Source of the DNA: Minisyncoccota bacterium
Lineage (GTDB): Bacteria > Patescibacteriota > Minisyncoccia > UBA6257 > 2-01-FULL-56-20
Assembly: GCA_036266715.1 (NCBI GenBank)
Contig: DATAXS010000004.1
Coordinates: 889-64,888, forward strand
Direction: 5' to 3'
DNA length: 64,000 nt
Shown here: positions 26,240 through 34,626 of the stretch, piece by piece
How the letters are laid out: the number at the start of each line of letters is the position of its first letter
How positions within the stretch are numbered: the first letter of the stretch is position 1
Notes under the pieces: model-generated
Told to the model about the DNA's origin: nothing
Seen by the model: the letters and a program-made list of their open reading frames with translations, nothing else
The model's database searches: none
Made by a program: the position numbers and the translations under genes

Positions 26240-26752
26240 ATGGATAAATCAAAAAGAATTCTTCTCGGTATCATCTTCATTGTGCTCGCAGTCGTCGTGA
26301 TCGGCGGGGCGATGTGGTACAATAATCAATCCAACCAGGCCGTGCAGCAACAGGCGAACGACGAAGCCAATGTGGCGGCGCAAGAACAACAGCAACTCAT
26401 GGCGGAACTTACCATAAAAGACACAGTAGTGGGCACGGGCACGCCCGCCGCGGACGGCGATACCATAAACGTGCTCTACACCGGCACGCTTGATAACGGC
26501 ACGGTCTTTGACGCGTCATCCCTCCACGGCAACCAGCCATTCTCGTTTGTGCTGGGCGAGGGAAACGTGATCCAAGGATGGGACCTCGGCCTTGTGGGCA
26601 TGAAGGTTGGCGGCACGCGCGAACTCACAATACCTCCAGACCTTGGCTATGGCAGCCAGGCGAACGGTCCGATTCCTGCCAGTTCCACGTTGCACTTCAC
26701 GGTCCAACTGCTTTCCATAAGCACGGGGACGCCGTCGAGCACGGGACAATAG
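26240..26752 (+). CDS. FKBP-type peptidyl-prolyl cis-trans isomerase with an N-terminal TM anchor
   Basis: FKBP core VLYTGTLDNGTVFDAS...FVLGEGNVIQGWDLGLVGMKVGGTRELTIPPDLGYG. Confidence 0.85.
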   Translation: MDKSKRILLGIIFIVLAVVVIGGAMWYNNQSNQAVQQQANDEANVAAQEQQQLMAELTIKDTVVGTGTPAADGDTINVLYTGTLDNGTVFDASSLHGNQPFSFVLGEGNVIQGWDLGLVGMKVGGTRELTIPPDLGYGSQANGPIPASSTLHFTVQLLSISTGTPSSTGQ

Positions 26753-26789
26753 GCAATAGCGCGAAAATTATAAAAAGGTTAGAGAAAGA

Positions 26790-26822
26790 AAAGGGGGCGT
26801 TCTCGTGTGAGAACGCCCCGAA
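26790..26822. terminator. Hairpin terminator (11-bp stem gggggcgttctc/gagaacgcccc) after the FKBP gene, with T-rich flanks on the minus strand
   Basis: GC-rich perfect stem. Confidence 0.5.
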
Positions 26823-27205
26823 GCCTTATGGGCTCGTCGGCATTGCTTGGATGAATGCCGTGGCCTTATTAAGGAGCGTCAGGAGGAAGACGCTCAATGC
26901 ATGGAGCACGTCGGGCATGAAGATCCCCACGGCAACCAATACAATCAGCAATCCTATCGCCTTGCTCATGGCCTTAGTGCAGGGTTTTATTTTGAGGTCG
27001 TCGACGTGCGACCAAGGCCGTGAATTGGCCTTCCTCCTGCGGCAAATTTCGCCGCATACGGGTTGCGTGCGGAACTTGCTGCAGGAGAAAGGATTTTTTG
27101 AAGGTGCTACTACTTGGATTGTAGCAAAAATGAAGGGTTCTGTCAACCTTTTTGGCCGTTTTCCATTTTAGAATCTTTTAATGTTCAATCCGTATAATTA
27201 TCTCT

Positions 27206-27877
27206 ATGAGAGTATTACTTTTGGAAGACGAAAAGGACATCGCCCGCTTTATCCTGGAAGGCCTGAAGGCCGAGCGGCTTGCCGTGGACTGGGCGGAGAC
27301 CGGCGAAAAGGGGCTCATGTGGGCCAAGGTCAACTCATATGACATTGGCATATTTGACATCAAGCTCGCCGGCGGGCAGAACGGGATTCAAGTGTGTCGC
27401 ACTATCCGCGAACGCGGTAAGAATTTTCCGATAATCATCCTTTCCGTAACGGGCGACGTGTCCACGAAAATTGAAGCGCTCAATCTTGGCGCGGACGATT
27501 ATCTTGCAAAGCCATTCTCGCTGGCCGAGCTCCTTGCGCGGGTACGCGCGCTCCTGCGCCGCGAACGGAAGATCGTGGGGCCGCGGCTTTCGCTCGGCGA
27601 CCTCGAAATGGACACGCAGGCGCACACCGTGGCGCGGGCAGGGAAGCGGATAGAGCTGAACCGCAAGGAATTCGCGCTCCTGGAATATTTAATGCGCAAT
27701 CCAGGCACCACGCTCACGCGGGCGATGATATTGGAACACGTGTGGGACATGAACGCGGATCCCTTTACGAACACCGTGGACGTGCACATCCGGTTTCTGC
27801 GCGAAAAGATAGACATCGGCCACAAAAAGAAATTATTAAAAACCGTGCACGGGTTCGGGTACAAGATAGAAGAATAA
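27206..27877 (+). CDS. OmpR-family two-component response regulator; no cognate kinase gene is adjacent
   Basis: Receiver domain with the phosphoacceptor Asp (IGIFDIKL) plus a winged-helix DNA-binding domain. Confidence 0.85.
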   Translation: MRVLLLEDEKDIARFILEGLKAERLAVDWAETGEKGLMWAKVNSYDIGIFDIKLAGGQNGIQVCRTIRERGKNFPIIILSVTGDVSTKIEALNLGADDYLAKPFSLAELLARVRALLRRERKIVGPRLSLGDLEMDTQAHTVARAGKRIELNRKEFALLEYLMRNPGTTLTRAMILEHVWDMNADPFTNTVDVHIRFLREKIDIGHKKKLLKTVHGFGYKIEE

Positions 27878-27954
27878 AAAAGCCGCGCGGTTCTCGGGGG
27901 AGAGAATACATCGCGCGGCCGGGTGTTCGCTGGTCGGTTTTGTAAGAGCGCCAA

Positions 27955-28083
27955 TCAGCGATTAAGAAACGGGGCAATGAGAGTCATGATTTTCGGGGCG
28001 TTTACTAAAATCGTCCTCACGATTGCCAGGAGGACGACGATCACGAATGCCGGGGCAATATCTTCTAAGCTCACTGCTCTCAT
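27955..28083 (-). CDS. Small hydrophobic protein, 42 aa (MRAVSLEDIAPAFVIVVLLAIVRTILVNAPKIMTLIAPFLNR)
   Basis: Strong SD GAGGTG 5 nt upstream of the ATG. It is absent from the ORF track because it is under 60 aa. Confidence 0.45.
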   Translation of the reverse strand: MRAVSLEDIAPAFVIVVLLAIVRTILVNAPKIMTLIAPFLNR

Positions 28084-28157
28084 ATGATCACCTCGCTATA
28101 TAGATATTAACATACCCACAGATTTTGTCAAGTCATGCGGTAAGGCGCTATAATCAC

Positions 28158-28817
28158 CCCATGCCATCCGACTATTCCCTCGCCGCACGCAAGAAGCGCG
28201 CGCAAAAGGTGTTCCGCGTGCTCGCAAAGCTTTTTCCGAACCCCAAGATCGCGCTCAACTTCCGCAACCACTGGGAGCTCCTCGTGGCAGTGGAACTTTC
28301 CGCGCAGTGCACGGATAAAAAAGTGAACGAGGTGACGCCCGCGCTCTTCAAGAAATATCGCGCGCTTGCCGACTACGTTCGCGCGGGGAAAACCGCCCGC
28401 GGCGTGCATGAATTTGAGCGCATGGTCCACGCGTGCGGGTTCTACCGCGCAAAAACACGGAACATTCTGGCCGCCGCAAAGGTGGTGCAGTCAAAGTTCC
28501 ATGGCACGCTCCCGCGCACTATGGCGGAAATGGTCACGATCCCGGGCGTGGGGCGCAAGTCCGCGAACGTCATTTTGGGGAATGCCTACGGCGTGGTGGA
28601 GGGGATCGCGGTGGACACGCACGTAAAGCGGCTCGCCGGGGTGCTTGGCCTTTCGCGCGAAAAGACGCCGGAAAAGATAGAGCGCGATCTCATGGCAATC
28701 ATCCCCAAAAAGGACTGGTTTAAGGCGACCTATATGCTCATTGACTATGGCCGGAAATATTGTCCGGCGAGGCCGCATAAGCATGAACTCTGCCCCTTAT
28801 CCACAGTGCTTCGGTAG
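28158..28817 (+). CDS. nth: Endonuclease III (DNA glycosylase/AP lyase)
   Basis: HhH-GPD motif, catalytic Lys region and the 4Fe-4S cluster CX6CX2CX5C at the C-terminus. The track start is 28125. Confidence 0.85.
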   Translation, partial: PMPSDYSLAARKKRAQKVFRVLAKLFPNPKIALNFRNHWELLVAVELSAQCTDKKVNEVTPALFKKYRALADYVRAGKTARGVHEFERMVHACGFYRAKTRNILAAAKVVQSKFHGTLPRTMAEMVTIPGVGRKSANVILGNAYGVVEGIAVDTHVKRLAGVLGLSREKTPEKIERDLMAIIPKKDWFKATYMLIDYGRKYCPARPHKHELCPLSTVLR

Positions 28818-28857
28818 GCCGTTTTTGCTATACTGGTCTGGTAGTTAATACAACGAA

Positions 28858-28895
28858 AACCGTTTTCCGATGTGAGGTCGGAGAGCGGTTTTTGC
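28858..28895 (+). terminator. Rho-independent terminator (13-bp stem with two G-U pairs plus T5) after nth
   Basis: aaccgttttccga..tcggagagcggtt followed by TTTTT. Confidence 0.6.
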
Positions 28896-28976
28896 TTATA
28901 AAAGGCCACTTGTTTTAATTCCTATCGGTATTATGATTGACCGTGGCAGCTTAGCAACACGGAAGGGAGGTCCAGT

Positions 28977-29399
28977 ATGAAATTGCTGTATCTCGACCCC
29001 TACCGATTCGCGAACGAATACGTGGGGAAAATCGAGGAGTCCGATCTTTGGCAACATCTGCGTTTTGTACGGCACTTCCATTTCTTTGTCCAGGGAAAAT
29101 GGCCCAAACCTCCCGAACTGCAGCAGGCGCTCAAGGCACAAGTCCATCACTACCTCCTTGCAAAAAGCGATTGTCGCGCGGGCGAGGCGGGCAAAATCTG
29201 TCCGCTCGAAATCCGACGTCGGAACAACAACACCCGCAAGGAATGGAACAAGTTGATTAGTATGTATCTGCTCGCGAAAAAGTTCTATCCGGAATTTACC
29301 CCCAATGACGTCTTCCCCTTTTTTCCACCGGGATCCACCGAAAAACCGACGAAGGGGGTGAAGGTCAAGCGGTTACACCTTTTGCCCCTGTTGCCCTAG
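28977..29399 (+). CDS. Hypothetical protein
   Basis: GGGAGG SD-like sequence upstream and a terminator downstream. No recognisable domain. Confidence 0.45.
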   Translation: MKLLYLDPYRFANEYVGKIEESDLWQHLRFVRHFHFFVQGKWPKPPELQQALKAQVHHYLLAKSDCRAGEAGKICPLEIRRRNNNTRKEWNKLISMYLLAKKFYPEFTPNDVFPFFPPGSTEKPTKGVKVKRLHLLPLLP

Positions 29400-29415
29400 C
29401 CAATGTTTGAGATTC

Positions 29416-29452
29416 AAACGGCAAGCGCCCCACCCTCGCTTGCCGTTTTTTA
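29416..29452 (+). terminator. Rho-independent terminator (12-bp stem aaacggcaagcg/cgcttgccgttt plus T6)
   Basis: Perfect stem followed by a T-run. Confidence 0.7.
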
Positions 29453-29453
29453 T

Positions 29454-29482
29454 TTGACCCTTGATGTGCTGGCCGTTATAAT
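29454..29482 (+). promoter_or_regulatory. Sigma70-like promoter TTGACC-N17-TATAAT for uvrB, followed by the palindrome TGTGCCGCGGGGCACA at 29522-29537
   Basis: Consensus hexamers with 17-bp spacing, 70 nt upstream of the uvrB ATG. Confidence 0.55.
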
Positions 29483-29553
29483 CGGAGAGAACTGAAAAGC
29501 GGATGACCACCCCTTAGGCCTTGTGCCGCGGGGCACATTGCGCACTTATTCCC

Positions 29554-31560
29554 ATGGACCACTTTGAACTCACCGGAACCAATAAGCCCGCGGGGGACCA
29601 GCCGAAGGCGATCGCATCGCTTGTTTCTGGTTTGGAGCGCGACCTCAGCGACCAGACGCTTCTTGGCGTGACGGGTTCGGGGAAAACGTTCAGCATCGCG
29701 AACGTGGTGGCGGAAGTAAACCGGCCGACGCTTGTGATTGCGCACAACAAGACGCTCGCCGCCCAGCTCTGCAACGAATTCCGCGAACTTTTCCCAAAAA
29801 ACTCCGTCAACTATTTCGTTTCGTATTATGACTACTACCAGCCGGAGGCGTACATCCCCTCAAGCGACACATATATAGACAAGGAGGCGCTCATCAACGA
29901 CGAGATAGACAAGCTCCGGCACGCGGCGACGACTGCGCTCCTCACGCGGCGGGACGTCATCGTTGTCGCGTCCGTTTCCTGCATCTACGGCTTGGGTGCG
30001 CCGGAGGTCTACGCGCAGAATATTTTCCACTTTAAGGTGGGGGACAAGATCGTGCGGAAGGACTTTGCGCGGAAGCTGGTTGAACTGCAATTTTCCCGTA
30101 CGAATGCGGACCTGAAGCGCGGGACGTACCGCCTGCGCGGGGAGAACTGGGAGATAATGCCGGCGGACCGGGAAGTTATCTACAACTTTGAGGTGCTGGG
30201 AGGCGTGATACGCGCCATTTATGAAATTGATCCTGTCGTCGGGTTCCGGCCGGGGAAGACGCCGCACGTGGCGGACGTTATCTTTGCGCCGGCAAAACAC
30301 TTTATTACGGAAGCACCGGAGCGCGAGCGGGCGATAAAGGCGATTCAGGAAGAGCTCAAAACGCAGCTCAAATATTTTGAAAAAGAGAAAAAGTTTCTTG
30401 AGGCGGAGCGGCTTGAACGGCGCACCAAGTTTGATATCGCGATGATGCGCGAAGTGGGCTACTGTCACGGCATTGAGAACTATTCGCGGCATCTTTCCGG
30501 CCGTCGCGCGGGCGAACCGCCGGCAACACTCCTGGATTATTTCCCGCACCGCGAGGACGGCACGCCGGATTTCTTGACCGTGATAGACGAATCGCACATG
30601 ACGGTGCCGCAGCTGCAGGGCATGTTCAACGGTGACGCGGCGCGCAAGAAGACGCTCGTGGAGTACGGCTTCCGCCTGCCTTCAGCCATAGACAACCGGC
30701 CGCTCCGGTTTGAGGAGTTCAAGGAGCGCATTGGGCAGGTCATCTATACGTCCGCCACGCCTTCCACCTACGAGCGGGAACGGAGCATGCCTCCGCACGG
30801 GCAGACGGTGGAGCAGATAATTCGGCCGACGGGACTCGTAGATCCGAAGCTTACTATAAAGCCCGCTCGTGGACAGGTGGAGGACCTCATTCCGCGCATT
30901 GAAGAGCGCGTCGCGAAAAAAGAGCGCGTGCTCGTGACCACGCTCACGAAGCGCATGGCCGAGGACCTTTCCGAATATCTCTTGGAGCGCAAAATGAAAG
31001 TGAACTATCTCCATAGCGACGTGAAGACGCTGGATCGCATCAAGATCCTCACGGACCTGCGGCGGGGGAAGATTGAGGTGCTCGTGGGCGTGAACCTTTT
31101 GCGCGAAGGGCTGGACCTGCCCGAGGTGTCGCTCGTCGCCATTATGGACGCGGACAAAGAGGGCTTCCTCCGGAGCGAGGTGTCTTTGATACAGACGATC
31201 GGGCGCGCGGCCCGGAACGTAGAGGGCGAAGTGCTCATCTACGCGGACGTGATCACGGGTTCAATAGAACGCGCCGTTAGAGAAACCGAACGCCGCCGCA
31301 AGATACAGCTCGCGTACAACAAGGAGCACGGCATCACGCCGCGGACCATCGTGAAGGCCATTACGGACATCTTGCCGAACGTGGACGCGATACTTGCCTT
31401 GGAAACGAAGCCGGTGCCCAAGTCCAAGACCGCGCTTGCGCACCTCCTCGCCGATAAGGAGCGCGAAATGCGCGATGCCGCCAAGCGCCTGGACTTTGAA
31501 CTCGCCGCCATCTTGCGGGATGAGGTAAAGGAGCTGAGCAAGAAGGTGGGGAAGGGGTAG
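29554..31560 (+). CDS. uvrB: Excinuclease ABC subunit B
   Basis: UvrB N-terminal helicase motifs (GVTGSGKT), beta-hairpin region and C-terminal UvrB/UvrC interaction motif. The track start is 29521 (TTG). Confidence 0.95.
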   Translation: MDHFELTGTNKPAGDQPKAIASLVSGLERDLSDQTLLGVTGSGKTFSIANVVAEVNRPTLVIAHNKTLAAQLCNEFRELFPKNSVNYFVSYYDYYQPEAYIPSSDTYIDKEALINDEIDKLRHAATTALLTRRDVIVVASVSCIYGLGAPEVYAQNIFHFKVGDKIVRKDFARKLVELQFSRTNADLKRGTYRLRGENWEIMPADREVIYNFEVLGGVIRAIYEIDPVVGFRPGKTPHVADVIFAPAKHFITEAPERERAIKAIQEELKTQLKYFEKEKKFLEAERLERRTKFDIAMMREVGYCHGIENYSRHLSGRRAGEPPATLLDYFPHREDGTPDFLTVIDESHMTVPQLQGMFNGDAARKKTLVEYGFRLPSAIDNRPLRFEEFKERIGQVIYTSATPSTYERERSMPPHGQTVEQIIRPTGLVDPKLTIKPARGQVEDLIPRIEERVAKKERVLVTTLTKRMAEDLSEYLLERKMKVNYLHSDVKTLDRIKILTDLRRGKIEVLVGVNLLREGLDLPEVSLVAIMDADKEGFLRSEVSLIQTIGRAARNVEGEVLIYADVITGSIERAVRETERRRKIQLAYNKEHGITPRTIVKAITDILPNVDAILALETKPVPKSKTALAHLLADKEREMRDAAKRLDFELAAILRDEVKELSKKVGKG

Positions 31561-31654
31561 TTTCGAATTTTATCACTTCAACTCGTAATACGGTGATTTG
31601 AGAGATCCACCAGATCGGGTTTACTTATAATACTTTCCATTTTAAGATAGGGCT

Positions 31655-31837
31655 ATGAAATCTGCTTTATGGATTCTGTTAATCGTGGGGTTTAACTTGC
31701 TTATTGCTTATATTATTTCCCTGTACTCCTTCGTGATGGCAGTTGGATGGTTCTGCCTTGCAATTGGGTTTCAATTCGGAAAGTGGTATGGAGGTATTGA
31801 AAAAGAAAATAAGATTTCCGATAGGAACACATCATGA
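31655..31837 (+). CDS. Small membrane protein (60 aa, two TM helices) in an AT-rich islet
   Basis: The frame is low-GC and open, and its stop overlaps the next start (ATGA). Confidence 0.45.
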   Translation: MKSALWILLIVGFNLLIAYIISLYSFVMAVGWFCLAIGFQFGKWYGGIEKENKISDRNTS

Positions 31838-32400
31838 TTTTGCCAAAGATACCTTTGGAAAGATTACTTAATTACGCAACGATTGTTGTTGCAGCGCTAA
31901 GTCTCATCTTTGTTATAACAAATCATTTTCACCTCTGGGATAAATGGAGGGGCGTTACTTTACTTGAAGAGGCATCACAAAGTTTCAATCTCTCTTATGC
32001 CCCCAATGCATCCGCTCCCATTTATCCGAATAATCCAGAGTGGACACCACTTATAAATTTAATTAAACGTTATTCAAATGTAAAATTATTACCCAATAAA
32101 GATCCTAAGGTCATTGCACGATTTCAAGCTATTTCCTCAGGTCAAGTCGAAGATGGGCCGGGTCAATATGCAGAATGGACTGCTCCTGGAACCCCTCTCG
32201 CGATTTTATACGTCGCTTGGCCGGGTAATTCTGCTGGTCCCGGAGATTATCAGGTTATTGGTACTATCGGTGATTTACAAAATTGGATTATTCAAGATCA
32301 AAACGACTTTTCCTTTCTAATTAACGATATCATTTTGGGAACACTCTCCTTTTTAATCGGCTTATTGGGAATTATAAAAATAAAGAAGGGTTTATCATGA
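31834..32400 (+). CDS. Hypothetical membrane protein with N- and C-terminal TM helices in an AT-rich islet, translationally coupled to ddl
   Basis: GC is about 38% against about 60% in the flanks. Stop/start overlap with both neighbouring genes. Confidence 0.5.
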   Translation: MILPKIPLERLLNYATIVVAALSLIFVITNHFHLWDKWRGVTLLEEASQSFNLSYAPNASAPIYPNNPEWTPLINLIKRYSNVKLLPNKDPKVIARFQAISSGQVEDGPGQYAEWTAPGTPLAILYVAWPGNSAGPGDYQVIGTIGDLQNWIIQDQNDFSFLINDIILGTLSFLIGLLGIIKIKKGLS

Positions 32401-33371
32401 CTAACAAAAAACTCAAAATCCTCGTCCTGGCCGGCGGTCCTTCTTCCGAGCATGAAGTTTCTTTGCGCACGGCGCAGATGGTGTTGAAGAATCTTGATCC
32501 GCAGAAATACCGGGCATCGCTCGCGGTCATCAAGAAAGACAAAAAGTGGCATTTTCATCCAGGCGGGAAGCCCATGCACATAGGAGATGCGATGAAGCGC
32601 CTCAATCCCTCCCGCTTTGATTTTGTTTTTATTGCCATGCACGGCCCGTTTGGTGAAGATGGCCGGATGCAGGCGATACTTGAGTGGGCCGGCCTGCCCT
32701 ACGCGGGTTCCGGCGTCGTGAGCTCCGCGATGGCGATGGACAAAGGGGTATCAAATATTCTCTACAAGACGAACGGCTTGCGTGTGCCGCGGTACGTCGT
32801 CTTGAGGCGGGGTGCAAACGTAAAGGGTTTGAAGATCGCACTGCCCGTCGTCGTAAAGCCGGTCAATGGCGGTTCAAGCGTCGGGGTTTCCATTGTGAAG
32901 GCAAAGAAGGAGCTCGGCAAAGCTCTCAACGTCGCTTTTAAGGAAGGCGATAGGGTGATGCTCCAGGGATACATAAAGGGGCGAGAGCTTACTTGCGGTG
33001 TGCTGGAAGACGAGGAAGGAACGCCCTTCGCATTGCCGCCAACGGAAATAATTCCTAAAACATCTTCGTTCTTTGACTATCGCGCAAAATATAAGGTTGG
33101 AGGCAGCTTGGAGATCACGCCCGCGCGGTTGGCGGAGCCAAAGCTCAAGGAACTTCAACAACTCGCGCTTAAAGCGCATACGACATTGGGATGCAGGGGA
33201 ATGTCGCGGTCGGACTTTATATTGCGCGGCAACAAATTTTATATTCTTGAAACGAACACCATCCCCGGCATGACCGAAACGAGCTTGTTGCCCCAGGCGG
33301 CGAAGGTTGCCGGGATAGATTTTCCTTCACTGCTTGATTTGATGATTGCGGGAGAGCTCCGCAAAAAATAG
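32397..33371 (+). CDS. ddl: D-alanine--D-alanine ligase
   Basis: ATP-grasp fold. Conserved N-terminal KLKILVLAGGPSSEHEVSL and C-terminal LETNTIPGMTETSLLP. Confidence 0.9.
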   Translation: MTNKKLKILVLAGGPSSEHEVSLRTAQMVLKNLDPQKYRASLAVIKKDKKWHFHPGGKPMHIGDAMKRLNPSRFDFVFIAMHGPFGEDGRMQAILEWAGLPYAGSGVVSSAMAMDKGVSNILYKTNGLRVPRYVVLRRGANVKGLKIALPVVVKPVNGGSSVGVSIVKAKKELGKALNVAFKEGDRVMLQGYIKGRELTCGVLEDEEGTPFALPPTEIIPKTSSFFDYRAKYKVGGSLEITPARLAEPKLKELQQLALKAHTTLGCRGMSRSDFILRGNKFYILETNTIPGMTETSLLPQAAKVAGIDFPSLLDLMIAGELRKK

Positions 33372-33462
33372 TGTTGCGCAGCCATACCCCGCACCGCATT
33401 GACACCCCACGCACAGTGAGGGCATACTGAACACAGTATGAAGTTTTTCGCGGGAGGAGACC

Positions 33463-34161
33463 ATGAAACGAAAAGTTTGGTTGGTACTTCTTTTGTCGTG
33501 TGCGGTGGCTATTCCCGGCTTTCTTCGGGCGCAAGACGCTCCCCCTAATGTCGTCTCGCTTACCGGAAGCCGGTACGTATGCATTCAAAACCATCCCATC
33601 AGTGTGGAAAAGACCGGCGCATACAAGCCAACGAGTGGCATCGATTCGCAGGCGTCCGGCTTTCGCATTGGAGGTCCCTACGTTCTCACGAACGCTCACA
33701 CAATCCAATCAAGTGAGGCGTATGAGGTGGATGGCAAGGAAATACCGGTTCTGAAAGACATTTCTCCCAAGTTCGACTTGATGCTCATCAAGCTCCCGTT
33801 CGCAAAAGCAGTGCCATGGATCAAGATCGCCGATCCGGAGGTTGGTACGATGGTCTACGCCATGACGAACTCGGACGGGAACGATAAGTTCCTCGTGCAC
33901 GGCTTCGTATCGAAGGTGGATGACCACTACCTCTATCTTCAGGAACCGACCATTCCCGGCGCCTCGGGATCCGGTCTCGTGAACGCAAAGGGAGAGCTCG
34001 TCGGCTTTTTCATGCAGGACGAGACGAGCACGGGGGATATTCATGTTCCGTACACGGAAGCGATCCCGGCGTCTATCGTCAGGAGGTTCCTCGAGCAGGT
34101 TTTGCCCGTGGAAGACCTCGTGAAGATGGGCATCACTGTCGATACCGTTGCGGAAAAGTGA
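33463..34161 (+). CDS. Secreted trypsin-like serine peptidase
   Basis: Signal peptide, His region (LTNAHT), Asp, and the Ser motif GASGSGL (a GDSGGP-like motif). Confidence 0.7.
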   Translation: MKRKVWLVLLLSCAVAIPGFLRAQDAPPNVVSLTGSRYVCIQNHPISVEKTGAYKPTSGIDSQASGFRIGGPYVLTNAHTIQSSEAYEVDGKEIPVLKDISPKFDLMLIKLPFAKAVPWIKIADPEVGTMVYAMTNSDGNDKFLVHGFVSKVDDHYLYLQEPTIPGASGSGLVNAKGELVGFFMQDETSTGDIHVPYTEAIPASIVRRFLEQVLPVEDLVKMGITVDTVAEK

Positions 34162-34183
34162 ACATCGCGCTCCGGGCGATTCA

Positions 34184-34217
34184 ATTGCGGGTGGCTTCGG
34201 CCATCCGCAATTTTTTA
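34184..34217 (+). terminator. Rho-independent terminator (attgcgg...ccgcaat plus T6)
   Basis: Stem followed by TTTTTT. Confidence 0.6.
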
Positions 34218-34284
34218 ATAGTTGTCACCTTATAAATAAAAAGGAGCCGGACGCGTGGTGTGCGCCGGCTCCCTGGTGTTGCCG

Positions 34285-34446
34285 TTATGCCTTGCGGGGC
34301 GGATGCTCCGCTGCCTCGCGCTTCGCTGCTGCGACGTCGCGCTTGATCCTTTGCGCGGCCGGTATGGGCGGAAGCATTTTTCTGCGGGATTCCTGTTCCT
34401 TGGAAAGCGGGCCGGGGGTCAGAATACGGGATGCTGCGGTTTGCAT
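34285..34446 (-). CDS. Small basic protein, 53 aa (MQTAASRILTPGPLSKEQESRRKMLPPIPAAQRIKRDVAAAKREAAEHPPRKA)
   Basis: AAGGAG SD 6 nt upstream. Followed on the minus strand by the hairpin ggagccgg..ccggctcc plus T6 (34243-34275). Absent from the track because it is under 60 aa. Confidence 0.35.
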   Translation of the reverse strand: MQTAASRILTPGPLSKEQESRRKMLPPIPAAQRIKRDVAAAKREAAEHPPRKA

Positions 34447-34626
34447 TGTTGGCTCCTTAAGGGTCGCCCTCCCTAAATCTCTGATGAGATTATATCACTT
34501 GGCTAGCGGTACGTCAAGAAATGTTTGACTCCACCCTCCCCGTGCGCTAAACTTCCTTCACATACCCCGTATGAGCGAGCGCTCGGGGGAGTTTCTGCAT
34601 CGCGCGCACCGCGCCCATCACGCACC

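Noticed and set aside
26826-27146. Minus-strand ORF 26826-27146 (106 aa), or the internal 46-aa MSKAIGLL... membrane peptide
   Set aside because: The start is TTG with no SD. The internal ATG has only a weak SD. There is a hairpin downstream but no other support, so I left it uncalled.
29522-29537. LexA/SOS box upstream of uvrB
   Set aside because: The palindrome TGTGCCGCGGGGCACA matches neither the CTGT-N8-ACAG nor the CGAAC-N4-GTTCG consensus. I reported it only as an unexplained palindrome.
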